Positions 1 through 9,928 are shown, counted from the stretch's first letter. The stretch: DNA of 64,000 bases from a virus (IMGVR_UViG_3300045125_000170:2464-66463), one strand, 5' to 3'. The notes: a model not told the origin generated them from the letters alone. Numbers and translations are program-made.

Positions 1-180
1 AATCGTAGCCAGAGAAATCAAAGTTGTTGATATCTGGTGTACTCAATGTCCGGAGTGGACATCATTGAGAGACTACGATGTTTCCGTTTTAAGTTTAATC
101 CAAGAATGGAGAACTTGGGGGCGGGATAAAGTTTTCTCTACCCTCTAACTAATTGTGACAGCACTACTCTAAATGTGCTG

Positions 181-650
181 TCACTCCACCAGCATCCGAT
201 TCAACTTCTCAATATCGGACAATGCTAACAACTGCCCAGCATACTTGGGCATTTTATCAAATAACAACTCCAACTGCTTGTTGGACAATCTCCCAGTCTC
301 TGTATATTGAAGCGAGAGACTAGACAGTATTCCAGCATCAAATGCGGTAAATCCGATGCCATTATGCTCGGATGTTTCTTCATTTATGCGCTCTGCTTGT
401 GTTTGTCCGCTATAGACAACTACAAGCGCTCTCAACGCCCACGCGCTGTTGGTTGAGAGTTTTTGTTTTAGGAATGCGATCGCTCGTTTTTTAGATACAG
501 CTAATTTTACATTTTTAGCTGTTAATTTTCTCTATTTCCGACTCGATATCTATCAAGTCAAGAATATAGCGTTTTAGCCCCATTCTCACCAGGGCTAATA
601 GAGTATTTCTCCGTCCAGCTAACTTCTGAAGTTGTGTTCGCTTCATACAT
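181..650 (-). CDS. Conserved phage hypothetical protein (frameshifted 5' part)
   Basis: ORF 181-435 (RALVVVYSGQT...HNGIGFTAFDAGILSSL) extends upstream through indels to an ATG at 650. Confidence 0.45.
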
Positions 651-754
651 ACCCCAAAGTTCCGATATCTCAATATTAATAAACTACTTTCTTAAAGTCA
701 ATAACTTTAGAAATATTTATTTATTTGAGTATGTTAAAGCGGTGAGGCGATCGC
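476..754. repeat. Two HIP1 octamers GCGATCGC (476-483, 747-754)
   Basis: Exact matches read from the sequence; HIP1 is a known cyanobacterial repeat. Confidence 0.6.
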
Positions 755-832
755 ATTTTTAAGTGCTAAAATAAAGATACCCCTAGTCACAGGAACTAGA
801 GGCATCAACTCAATCAACTTTCATAACTAATT

Positions 833-1555
833 ATGGCACAAATTTTTCAATTTGAAGGACACGAAATCAGATTCATTGATGGCAAACCAGTAGCTAATGA
901 CGTTGCTGCTGTGTTGGGATATGCGGATCCAGCTAAAACAATCTCTACTAAAGTTAAAAGCAAAAACAAAGGGGTAGCTAAAATGGCTAACACCCGGAGG
1001 ACTGCAACAAGTAACAGTTCTAGAGGAGGCAGGCATATACCAGCTTATATTTAGCAGTAAGCTACCCAGTGCAGAGAAATTCCAGGACTGGGTATTCGAG
1101 AAAGTACTACCAGAGATAAGAAAAACTGGCAGCTTTAATTCAAAACCAGATTTTAAACAAATCTATGCAGATAGATTGTTAAACAATAAAGTGATTACGC
1201 CAGAGAAGCATTGGGCAGTATTTGGAGAAAGTCATTTATTACTGCTGTATGTTGAGCAGACTTTACGCCATCCAGTAGATAAATTTGACTTATTAGACGG
1301 CTCTGTTGGCATACGATGGGCAAACTATCGTAAAGACAAAGAATGGGCGCTAGAAAGCAGCACAGGCACCATCATCTTCAATGACAAACGCAACACTCAA
1401 ATCATAAGGTGTTACCAATATCCAGAACTCACTATTTTCGTTGGTTCTTAGAAGATGTTTATATTCCACTCTTCTTAGAGCAATACCTTGAAGATAATGC
1501 TAAGCGCAAAAACAAGCTCTTGAATTCAAGTGAACAACAAAATCTACTAAGCTAA
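833..1555 (+). CDS. BRO-N (antirepressor-like) DNA-binding protein, frameshifted
   Basis: Fragments join to FQFEGHEIRF..VANDVAAVLGY..EAGIYQLIFSSKLPSAEKFQDWVFEKVLPEIRKTGSF, the Bro-N signature; ORFs 833-1054 and 1176-1451 are parts of it. Confidence 0.85.
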
Positions 1556-1562
1556 CATCCAT

Positions 1563-1585
1563 AGTCTCTCCTCAGAGACTTTTTA
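1563..1585 (+). terminator. Intrinsic terminator after the BRO gene
   Basis: AGTCTCT-cctc-AGAGACT followed by a T run. Confidence 0.7.
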
Positions 1586-1602
1586 AATAAATCTACCAGC
1601 AC

Positions 1603-1795
1603 TACTTGACAAGCTTCAGCGCGGGATAATTTAACTACTCAAGACGGTTGGTTCTTAAAAATTCTTTTTCTTGATTCCAGCAAAAAGAAATTTCTTTCTT
1701 TGATTTATATTCTTTTTTTCTTCTGTCATCTAGTGGATCAGGGAGATTGATTTTTTGCATCTCGCGAGATTGATTTTTTGAATCTCGCGAAATTA
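1603..1795 (-). repeat. Degenerate inverted copy A of the central segment of the replication initiator gene
   Basis: 1723-1756 matches the reverse complement of 23317-23350 at 33/34 nt; weaker similarity extends to about 23490; internal 23-bp tandem GAGATTGATTTTTTG(C/A)ATCTCGC. Confidence 0.8.
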
Positions 1796-1890
1796 ACACT
1801 TTTATCTCTACACCGCTTACATCTTCTTTCTTTCTTAAAGTTAATGCTTATATATTCTTAGCTTTATAAACTGATTACTATAAGGTGGAT

Positions 1891-2075
1891 ATTTGACAAG
1901 TCTCAGCGCGGGGTAATTTAAATTGATAACAAGAAATCTTTCTGTTTGCTAAACAATCAAGATTTTTAACCAAAGAAGAAATTTCTCATTTGCTGTTTAT
2001 ATATTCTATTTCTTCTTTTGTCATCTATGGATCGGGGAGATTGACTTTTTGCATCTCGCGAACGAAAGAAATTAA
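1891..2075 (-). repeat. Degenerate inverted copy B of the same initiator-gene segment
   Basis: 1970-2067 aligns by eye to the reverse complement of about 23299-23400 (CCAAAGAAGAAATTTCT...TCGCGAACGAAAG). Confidence 0.8.
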
Positions 2076-2102
2076 TTTACTCCACCTGCTAAATGACGTT
2101 GA

Positions 2103-2406
2103 TTTCATCTCACTATCGCCTAGAACATTGATTATTGCGTTGAATCAATGTCATTTTTTAGCTCTGTTTTCATCTCACTCACTAAATGGCGTTCATTTCA
2201 TCTCACTATTGCCTAAAACATTGATTATTGCGTTGGATTCATGCTTATTTTTGGCGTTGGTTTCATCTCACTCGCTGGACAAGCATTAATTCCAGCTCTA
2301 TTCTGATTATTTTGTTGAATCAATGCCCATTTCATCTCACTATTGCCTAAAACATTGATTATTGCGTTGGATTGATGCTGTTTTTTGGCTCTGTTTTCAT
2401 CTCACT
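2103..2406. repeat. Three 77-bp units (2103-2179, 2196-2272, 2330-2406), each bounded by TTTCATCTCACT
   Basis: 12-mer starts at 2103, 2168, 2196, 2261, 2330 and 2395; shared core GCCTA(G/A)AACATTGATTATTGCGTTG. Confidence 0.9.
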
Positions 2407-2436
2407 AAAAAAGCGCCATCTCTGACGCTTGTTTTT
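2407..2436 (-). terminator. Intrinsic terminator for minus-strand early genes
   Basis: Minus strand reads AAGCGTCAGAGATGGCGCTT then a T run. Confidence 0.55.
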
Positions 2437-2825
2437 TATATCCTCCACTCCCTACACCATCTGTGCCATTCTGGAGTACTTATTTTTATTTGATGAGGGA
2501 GGATGTCTCTTATTTGTACCTTTGTCTGGCGTAAGTTCTTTTTGTGCGAACCTTGATGTTGCAAGGCAAGTGCTTGCTTTTTGCCTTGAGGAGGTGGATG
2601 GGAAGTGGTGGTAGAGGGAGTAATCCTCCTCATCATCAAGGATTTGGAACTCTACTTCCCAACAGTCTACCCACTGCTGGGATATTCTATATTTCTGATC
2701 TTCATGCCACTGTTGTGGACGCCCACTGCTGGCATATTTGCCCTCCTGTTCCTTATGTCCTCAATCTTGACACCAGGCATGCCATCTCTGGGGAATCTAC
2801 TGTCAAGTGGTTTAGAGTAGTTTAA

Positions 2826-3298
2826 TTATTTTGCTAAATCAGTATTTCTTAGATTTGTACCAGTTAGATTAGTATCAGTTAAATCAGCTCGAGTTAAGCT
2901 AGCAAACTCCCAGTTGGCTTTACTCAAATCAGCTCCAGTTAAATCAGCACCTGTTAGATTAACATCGCTCTAAATAAGCTCTCACTTAAATTAGCACCTG
3001 TTAATTTTGCACCTGTTAAATTAGTACTTTCTAAATTTGCATCTGACAAGTTTGCTCCTGTTAAGTCAGCTCCTTTCAAATTAGTCATTGTTAAATTTGC
3101 ACCTGACAAGTTTGCTCCTGAGAGGTTAGCGTTTATTAACCTAGCCCAATTTAAGTCTGCACCTGACAGATTGGCACCTGACAGATTAGCTCCATTTAGC
3201 TTAATTCTTGATAAATTAGCATTTGCAAATATAAAATTTGCTAAGTTTTCATTCTCAAAACAAAAACCACTTAGATTAATTCCAGTGTAATCTTTCAT
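2826..3298 (-). CDS. Pentapeptide repeat protein B (frameshifted)
   Basis: A(N/D)LSG repeats; ORF 2954-3298 continues after an indel to a stop at 2826. Confidence 0.85.
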
Positions 3299-3310
3299 TT
3301 GTACTCCTAA

Positions 3311-3345
3311 TAAAAAACCACCCTTCCAGTCCTGAGAAGGGTGCG
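3311..3345 (-). terminator. Terminator between the two pentapeptide genes
   Basis: Minus strand CACCCTTC-tcaggactg-GAAGGGTG followed by GTTTTTT. Confidence 0.65.
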
Positions 3346-3358
3346 ATCTTTTTGTTTG

Positions 3359-4115
3359 TTATCCTCTTCTCAAATATTCCAATACTGCATTCTCAGTGTT
3401 AGCAGTCATCTAAATTAGCACCCTCGCGCATAGGCGCAGGTCAAATTTGCACCGTGACAAATTAGCGTCCCGTCAAATATAGCGCCTTCAGGGTCCAGCG
3501 CACATTCTAAATTAGCACCTACTTAAGTTGGCATCAGTTAAATCGGCAACATGACAAATCAGCTCCTGCTAAATCAGCTCCTTTTAAATCAGCTCCTGCT
3601 AAATTGGCAATACGTCAAATTGCTAACATGTTAAGTTAGCATCAACTAATATTAACTCCTGCCAAGTTGCATTTTCCCAGATGCCTTGCCAATTAGCACC
3701 TGACAGGTTAGCTCCTGCTAAATCAACGTTATATAATCCAGCGCCTGACAAATTGGCATCTGTCAAATCAGCGTCAGTTAGATAGGCATTTGTCAAATCA
3801 GTACCTGACAAGTTTGCATTTGTCGATCTTTTAGGTTTGCACCAAACAAATGAGCGCCTGTCAAGTCAGCGCCTGTCAAATCAGCATTAGTTAAATTAGC
3901 CCCATGTTAAATCAGCGCTATTTAATTTTGCGCCTGTTAAGTCAGCTCCTGATAAATAAGCAGCTGTTAAATCAGCATTCATTAAATCAGCAAACATAAT
4001 TTAACATTTTCCAAATTTGAGCCTGAAGATCAGCGCCTATCAAATCTGTATTTGTAAAATTGCGATCTGTTAAATCGCAATTCTTTAAATCAGCTCCACT
4101 TAAATTTTGAATCAT
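3359..4115 (-). CDS. Pentapeptide repeat protein A (heavily frameshifted)
   Basis: Starts MIQNLSGADLKNCDLTDRNF; ADLTG/ANL repeats seen in alternating frames, including ORF 3623-3811. Confidence 0.75.
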
Positions 4116-4820
4116 TTTAATTAGTCTCCTACTATCTGTTTCTATAATGCAAACTTACTCTCTAATTATTGTCACGTGATTCTGATTTAGAGAGTAGTTT
4201 TAATTATTTTGTTGATCACTTCTCAAAGGTTTTGAATGGCAGATTGCGTTTGTTGCCTGTCAGCGACATACTCGTTGTATGCTCGGGTCGATCTCTCGAT
4301 TTGTTGGTACAAGCCTGTCCAATCTGCTGCACTACCACAACTTGATCGGATTCCTAGCCGAACCGATTTGTGCCGGTTAGGACAGTTTGACCATGCGTCT
4401 GTCATCCATATTCTCAATTACTGTCCCTTACTTCGGGATTCCAAAAGTAGGAAATTATGTAGTCATCCCCTCACCCAGAATCTCTCCTTGTCTGGGCTTC
4501 CTCTTTTTAATCTTGATGAACCATTCGGGTGCAGCAATTATCCGCTGCTTTTTTGCATTCTTGTTCTCTCAGCTCTTGGCATACTTCTCGCTGATCATCC
4601 TTCGATGCTCAATTGGAGCAACAGTCGCCCCATGTCATTTCTTCACGTTGTAGAAAATTCGTATATCCATTTTTGAATATTTATCTAAGAATTTCTTCCT
4701 CACTCCCATATGTGGGCAAGGTCAGCACCTGCCCAGATAGCGGGCTCCATCTGCGTGCTGCCATTCACAACGAATATGATGTCACAATTATAGACATGCT
4801 AGCAGTTGTTTCTCGCGCCA

Positions 4821-5171
4821 TCACCCTCCACTAAAGTCGGGCATTACTACCTCTTTGGTTTTGCCTGTTGGCAGCAACAGGGCTGTCCCCAATACTTCCT
4901 GGGGAGGAAAATACCAAGGAGGAAATAAATTTGCCTCCAAAGTTCCAAAACTGTATGATTGGGCTTTATGCCCTGGACAGGCATATTTGCTCCAGTCTGC
5001 TAGCGAAGCAAAGTTTCTCTTTACCTCGTCCAGTAATGGATCTCCACTGCTGGTTTCATCTTCCCAGCTAATCATTTCAACTAGCCTATCTGAGTCGCTG
5101 TCTATATCTCCATAGACAGCTAACTCTACCTCTTCCCAGGCAATATTGTCTGGATTTTGGGATATCGTCAA
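4821..5171 (-). CDS. Hypothetical acidic protein
   Basis: 116-aa ORF in a run of minus-strand genes below the promoter at 5429-5457. Confidence 0.55.
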   Translation of the reverse strand: MTISQNPDNIAWEEVELAVYGDIDSDSDRLVEMISWEDETSSGDPLLDEVKRNFASLADWSKYACPGHKAQSYSFGTLEANLFPPWYFPPQEVLGTALLLPTGKTKEVVMPDFSGG

Positions 5172-5428
5172 TATTCCCTTTCTTTAACTTCCCGCCTAAA
5201 TGGGATGCTAATTCTTTCTGCACGTCGATGTGCAGTTCGGATACGTTAACTTTGTATGATGATACCTTCATTGTTGTTGCTTCCTCCAATTGTTTCCATC
5301 TTAATAATCTCATCCATCCAGCGACGGATGTTATTGTTGCCACTCTACTCCTGGTGATCAAGTTGATTAATACTTCTGTCGTTCTCATCTTATCCCAGGG
5401 TAAAAGTAGTTCCCTGCCTCCTTTCATT

Positions 5429-5457
5429 AATATAAACTACTTTTATTTCACTGTCAA
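5429..5457 (-). promoter_or_regulatory. Sigma70-type promoter
   Basis: TTGACA-17-TATATT followed by AAAGGAGG. Confidence 0.7.
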
Positions 5458-5481
5458 GTGGTTTCTTACAATTAATCCCTG

Positions 5482-5817
5482 TCATCCCAATATGATGACA
5501 TTGACTCTGGCTTCTTCTCTTTGATTGGATGGAAACTCGCTTAAATCGGGTTCAAGCTGCTCCCTCCACCTTTTAAGCTCCTCTTGATTTGCCATCTCCA
5601 AGTTTGTTCTTAATATCTCTTTGAGAGATATGTCTGGACATAACAACCATTGGATGGTGGTGTCCATCTTTACTATTCCTATATCAGGTTCTGGGGACAA
5701 GATTACTCTTAATGGTATCTTGTAAGCAATCGCATCACCCACAAAATCTCTTGTGGGAAATCTGTATAGCTGATAAAGTGCCTCTAAGATTATATGCCCT
5801 CTCCGGGCATATCTCAT
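5482..5817 (-). CDS. Hypothetical protein
   Basis: 111-aa ORF. Confidence 0.5.
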   Translation of the reverse strand: MRYARRGHIILEALYQLYRFPTRDFVGDAIAYKIPLRVILSPEPDIGIVKMDTTIQWLLCPDISLKEILRTNLEMANQEELKRWREQLEPDLSEFPSNQREEARVNVIILG

Positions 5818-6244
5818 CTTCTAAGCGTTCGATTCGCTGTTCCTCTTCCTGAAATCATCTATCTTATACTCCAATGATGGAACGTAAGTTTTTTCTGTTT
5901 GTTCAAAACTCAATTTTCCATTGATGTAAGTCATTCTTACTGCCCATTGATTAATATTCAATGCTCTAATGAATTGTCTCAAACGGCGTATTGCCATAAG
6001 ACAAAATAGATAAGTCTCTTATAACTTCTTGAGTTTGTTTGTATGTTAACTTCATCATGTTGCCTCCAATATTTTCTCATTTTTATAATATAAATCATTA
6101 TTTAAATATTATCAATACATTTATTAATTATTGGTGTAATCTCTTTAATTAAAATAGCAAAGCTTTTACAGCTTTGCTCTAATAACTATGTTTTCTTAGA
6201 CTCAGTAAATGCAGCTAGAGATATTAAAACGTTAGTTAAAAAGA

Positions 6245-6442
6245 ATGAATCATTTAGTCTCTCCAATCAAGAGGAGCAAAAGCAGAGCAAACGCAGTCAA
6301 GGAAAGGGTTCCAGCTCTCTCCAACCAGCAAGAATTATTTGCCTTAAATACAGAGAGCGATGTTACTCATAGTGTTGTTTCTCAAACTCAAATAGAGGGA
6401 CAAAAGCACAAAGTTAATGTTACAAGCAATTTCCAAAAATAA
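6245..6442 (+). CDS. Hypothetical protein
   Basis: 65-aa ORF followed by the hairpin AAAAAGCTAGT...ACTAGCTTTTTT. Confidence 0.45.
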   Translation: MNHLVSPIKRSKSRANAVKERVPALSNQQELFALNTESDVTHSVVSQTQIEGQKHKVNVTSNFQK

Positions 6443-6533
6443 GAAAAAGCTAGTATTGACTGTTTACTAGCTTTTTTGTTTGTTTCTACTTTATGATACA
6501 ATATTTATTGACAACAATCAAGATTTATAATTT

Positions 6534-6821
6534 ATGTGGCGAGAATTACTAGACAGAGCAAGCATGTCCCGTGACTTGGGACTTCACGCTAGAAGTCAAT
6601 CTCAAGAATCTGAGGAGTTTTATGCCTCAGCTATAGAAGATTACAACTCAGCTTCGGAAGTTGAGCAACATTGGGAGATTTACTACAATCAAGCAGTTGC
6701 TTACTTTGATATGGGCAATATATCTGATGCAACTGATTGTATTGACAAAGCATTTGTATTAAATCCTAAGTACAAGCCTATATGTGTGCTTAGAGATTTC
6801 TTATTGAGTAAAAAGGGGTAA
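6534..6821 (+). CDS. Small TPR protein
   Basis: YYNQAVAYFDMGNISDATDCIDKAFVLNP fits the TPR consensus. Confidence 0.75.
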   Translation: MWRELLDRASMSRDLGLHARSQSQESEEFYASAIEDYNSASEVEQHWEIYYNQAVAYFDMGNISDATDCIDKAFVLNPKYKPICVLRDFLLSKKG

Positions 6822-6824
6822 GAA

Positions 6825-7223
6825 ATGAAGAAAAAAGCCAAAAATTTTCAATGGTACAAGCCATAAAATTACTTTTTTAAAGCTGAGGATGCTCAGCAAC
6901 ATGGTAGGAAATTAGTGCTTATCAATCCTGACACAATTCCACTCAAAGAAATTGAACCAGGTATTGATTTAAATTGCACCACAGAAAATTTACCAGATTC
7001 GGATGAATGGGATACCGATATTCCAATCAGTGGAGCGCTTGTATTTACAGCAGTAGATGAACTTCCACCTGGATACGATATTTACATTGTTTCAAATTTG
7101 TACCGTTCAGCTTATAAAGAGTTGAACGGCGACACAAGCAAACTTGCAACAATCAAAGGTTCAGTATATCTTTCCATTGATGACACTCGTCCAGTTGGCT
7201 GTCTTGGATTGATAAAAGGCTAA
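6825..7223 (+). CDS. Conserved phage hypothetical protein
   Basis: NGTSHKITF ... YIVSNLYRSA ... PVGCLGL; N-terminus frameshifted. Confidence 0.55.
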
Positions 7224-7284
7224 AATACAACAACCTTTGCATTAAAGCAGATTTGTTCTAATGCAAGGTTGTTTTGATAAAAAC

Positions 7285-7326
7285 TTTTAGAAAGTACTTG
7301 ACAGATTAAAGATAGTGGTTTATGCT
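7285..7326 (+). promoter_or_regulatory. Sigma70-type promoter with an extended conserved motif
   Basis: TTTTAGAAAGTACTTGACA..TAGTGGTTTATGCT, 17-nt spacer; near-identical to 53118-53159. Confidence 0.75.
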
Positions 7327-7354
7327 GTGAATGTTAAGTAAAGTGAAAAAAGCA

Positions 7355-7815
7355 ATGAGTATACAAGAAAAAGATTCAAGCTATTTACAATAAAAATTTA
7401 ATATTTCAACTCCAGGGAAGAACCCTGGATGAGTATGCGCGCTATTGCACAGAAGAGGAAGAGTTGGATTCAGATGAGTTAAAAGCTCATCTTGAGTACA
7501 AGACTGATAAGAAGCGAGTACTTGCCAGTTCAGTGTACTGGCTAACCACCAGAGAATGGAGATATATGGAAGAGGTGGAAAAAGCCGCCTTTCCTCCTGA
7601 TTTTCAGGAGTACATGGATGCAGCATCGGAACGGGAAATTCCGGATGCCCCTGGATTATGGCATTAATCCAGAACAAGCTGCTTTGCTTCGCTCATTACT
7701 AGAAGGCAGCGACGAAGCTGCTTATTACGCCAGTGTAATCATTCAGCAATCTAGCTTCTGAGATTGAAGCTAGGGAAAGCGGTATTGACAGAAGCACCCA
7801 CACTGGCTGGGATCA
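7355..7815 (+). CDS. Hypothetical protein (frameshifted)
   Basis: ORF 7464-7667 plus flanking frames downstream of the promoter. Confidence 0.5.
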
Positions 7816-7912
7816 TTGGTAAAGTATTTAAAATTTTCAAAGCCTTGTCTTAACTGACAGGGCTTTTTTATTGAGATAAAAACAATAGAGGAAAAACAGC
7901 CTCTATTGTTCA

Positions 7913-8185
7913 TTACAATTCGCTAATCCAGTGATTGCCAAATATTCTAACACCGCCTGGATAAAAAGACATAATTGCAAGTGCATAAGCTAACTTATTG
8001 AATATTTCAGCTGCTTTCCCGCGTTTGCCTCCAAACATCAAGTCATCTCCATGAGAAGATATCAATTCTTCTATATCTTCCGGTACTTTGGGAACATAGC
8101 CTTGCTTTTTTATCTTTAAAATTTGCAAAGGCACGGCAACTTCTAGCGTTGGAATTAAAGGATGGGATTCCCACATAATTAACAT
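7913..8185 (-). CDS. Phage hypothetical protein
   Basis: 90-aa ORF (LMFGGKRGKAAEIFNKLAYALAIMSFYPGGVRIFG). Confidence 0.6.
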   Translation of the reverse strand: MLIMWESHPLIPTLEVAVPLQILKIKKQGYVPKVPEDIEELISSHGDDLMFGGKRGKAAEIFNKLAYALAIMSFYPGGVRIFGNHWISEL

Positions 8186-8249
8186 TTTGTATTATTGTCA
8201 GCAACAATATTATATGCTAAAATTTAATAAATTACGGAGAACAACATCG

Positions 8250-8504
8250 ATGAATTCAATTGTTATTACAGGAACAATAATTGACAAAAAAGAATCAACA
8301 ACATCTTGGGGAAAACCAGGATGGGAGTTAGTTTTAAAGACTCCAGCTGTAAAGCAAGGAGATGTAGATTATTTATTTAAAACTATTGTTGTTAAGAATG
8401 AAAACAACGATAAATTGGAAGTAGAGGACAAAGTAATTATTGATGGTTCTGTGGAAATTAACACTACAGAAGATGCAGGTGGTACAAACAGAAAAAAGCA
8501 GTAA
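8250..8504 (+). CDS. Divergent SSB-like OB-fold protein
   Basis: MNSIVITGTI...DKVIIDGSVEINT pattern; GGAG RBS. Confidence 0.55.
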   Translation: MNSIVITGTIIDKKESTTSWGKPGWELVLKTPAVKQGDVDYLFKTIVVKNENNDKLEVEDKVIIDGSVEINTTEDAGGTNRKKQ

Positions 8505-8719
8505 TACAAGCTAAAAAAATAGAGCATTTGAGTACTAAAGTTGTGTTGACTGTAGATCAAATGCCCTTTTAAGATAAAGCGGGAACTTCAACTAGATAGT
8601 TCCCGCTTATTCCCATGATAAAGATTGATATTCTTCTATCCAAATACCTTCTTCAGTTTCATCAGTGAAGCTGCCGTGCAACAAAGTATTATCTAGCTTC
8701 AATTGCTCTTCAAGTTCAT

Positions 8720-9124
8720 CTAGATAATACTTGTAATCATCATTGCTCTCGCTCCATTTTTAAGCCATTCTACAAGCATTTCTTTGGCTTTTTCCGAAGT
8801 ATAAGTAACTATATCGAAATAGCCACCATACTCCAAATTCTCTCCTAAGAAATCAGCTGAAACGTGATACAAGTTAAGTTTTTCCATTTTAGTAAGTTGG
8901 TTACGGTATTGAAATTCGCGATTAAGCCAGAATCCAGCAGTACTTCCTAATACTTGTTCTAGTTTAGCTGCAATCTCCTCATTAATTAGTGCTTTACCAT
9001 TAATTAATTGATTTATGTATTCTGTTGTATATCCCATGTGTTCTGATAATTGGGATTGTGTCCAATTGCGTTCTTCAATTAGATCCAGAATTGTATCACC
9101 AGGAGGAGAGAGCCAGTCATTCAT
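8720..9124 (-). CDS. higA: HigA-family XRE HTH antitoxin with C-terminal extension
   Basis: SPPGDTILDLIEERNWTQSQLSEHMG...INQLINGK..INEEIAAKLEQVLGSTAGFWLNREFQYR. Confidence 0.8.
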   Translation of the reverse strand: MNDWLSPPGDTILDLIEERNWTQSQLSEHMGYTTEYINQLINGKALINEEIAAKLEQVLGSTAGFWLNREFQYRNQLTKMEKLNLYHVSADFLGENLEYGGYFDIVTYTSEKAKEMLVEWLKNGARAMMITSII

Positions 9125-9133
9125 AATGCCAAA

Positions 9134-9172
9134 AATACCCTGCTTCATGCATAACACATAAAGCAGGGTATT
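9134..9172. promoter_or_regulatory. Perfect 12-bp inverted repeat upstream of higA (operator or terminator)
   Basis: AATACCCTGCTT (9134-9145) and AAGCAGGGTATT (9161-9172). Confidence 0.6.
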
Positions 9173-9607
9173 AAAATTGTTGATTTAGAAGTATATTTTT
9201 TCCCTGTTGAAGGAGAAACAAATCCAATAGGCATCAACCCATTCTTAATTTGCTCCAAATATCTTGTCTGAACATCAAATATTAGTTCTGAGTTGGAGAT
9301 CCAGCATAAAGGCAAATGGGCATTTCCAGGGGATGCTATCCAAATACTGAATCAAAGGATGCCAGTAATAATACATGCTTATCTTAGCTAAAATAAACAA
9401 ATTTCTTTTCTCTTCTAAGGAGAACTCTAATGCTGTCTGGTAGCTTCAGTACAATCTTACTGTCCTGAAACAGATGCTCTACCAAGTAAGCATCTTGTAT
9501 TTGTCGTGGTACCAACTCCCATCCTGGAAACTTCTCCAAATCTCTGTTCAACACTGCTTTTACCATGTCTTTTGTTCTCCTATATCTATACCTCTAATAT
9601 AAACTAC

Positions 9608-9928
9608 TTATTTCTTCTTGTCAATAGGTTTTTTACTTATTTTTTTCCATTTTTGGTTAACTATCTTTAAATAATCTGGCAAAGCTATGCTCCAATGGAT
9701 GCCATATAAAGCATGTCCAAGCATAGCCGCTTTAGTGCTATAGTCAATATTATTAGGAATATGCGTTCTAATTCCTATTTGCTTGTTGTGAATCTGTATA
9801 TCTTGGTTTTCATCAAGATACAACTCATCAAATACATCTAGCAGATGATTCATTATCTCCAATTGTTTATAAATTTCTTCAGCTGGTTTAAATACGAGAT
9901 CAGCCAAATATTCTGAAACTTCTAACAT
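9608..9928 (-). CDS. Hypothetical protein
   Basis: 106-aa ORF with GAGG RBS. Confidence 0.55.
   Translation of the reverse strand: MLEVSEYLADLVFKPAEEIYKQLEIMNHLLDVFDELYLDENQDIQIHNKQIGIRTHIPNNIDYSTKAAMLGHALYGIHWSIALPDYLKIVNQKWKKISKKPIDKKK

Noticed and set aside
1990-2289. 99-aa ORF across the repeat locus
   Set aside because: TTG start, no RBS, sequence dictated by the DNA repeats, and it lies downstream of a terminator
2103-2406. CRISPR mini-array
   Set aside because: The conserved element is only 12 nt, the intervening sequences are near-identical rather than unique, and there is no palindromic repeat
4236-5115. Plus-strand ORFs (4236-4676, 4855-5115 and similar shadows elsewhere, e.g. 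26810-27109, 29696-29920, 60614-60889)
   Set aside because: Antisense shadows of better-supported genes, without RBS or motifs
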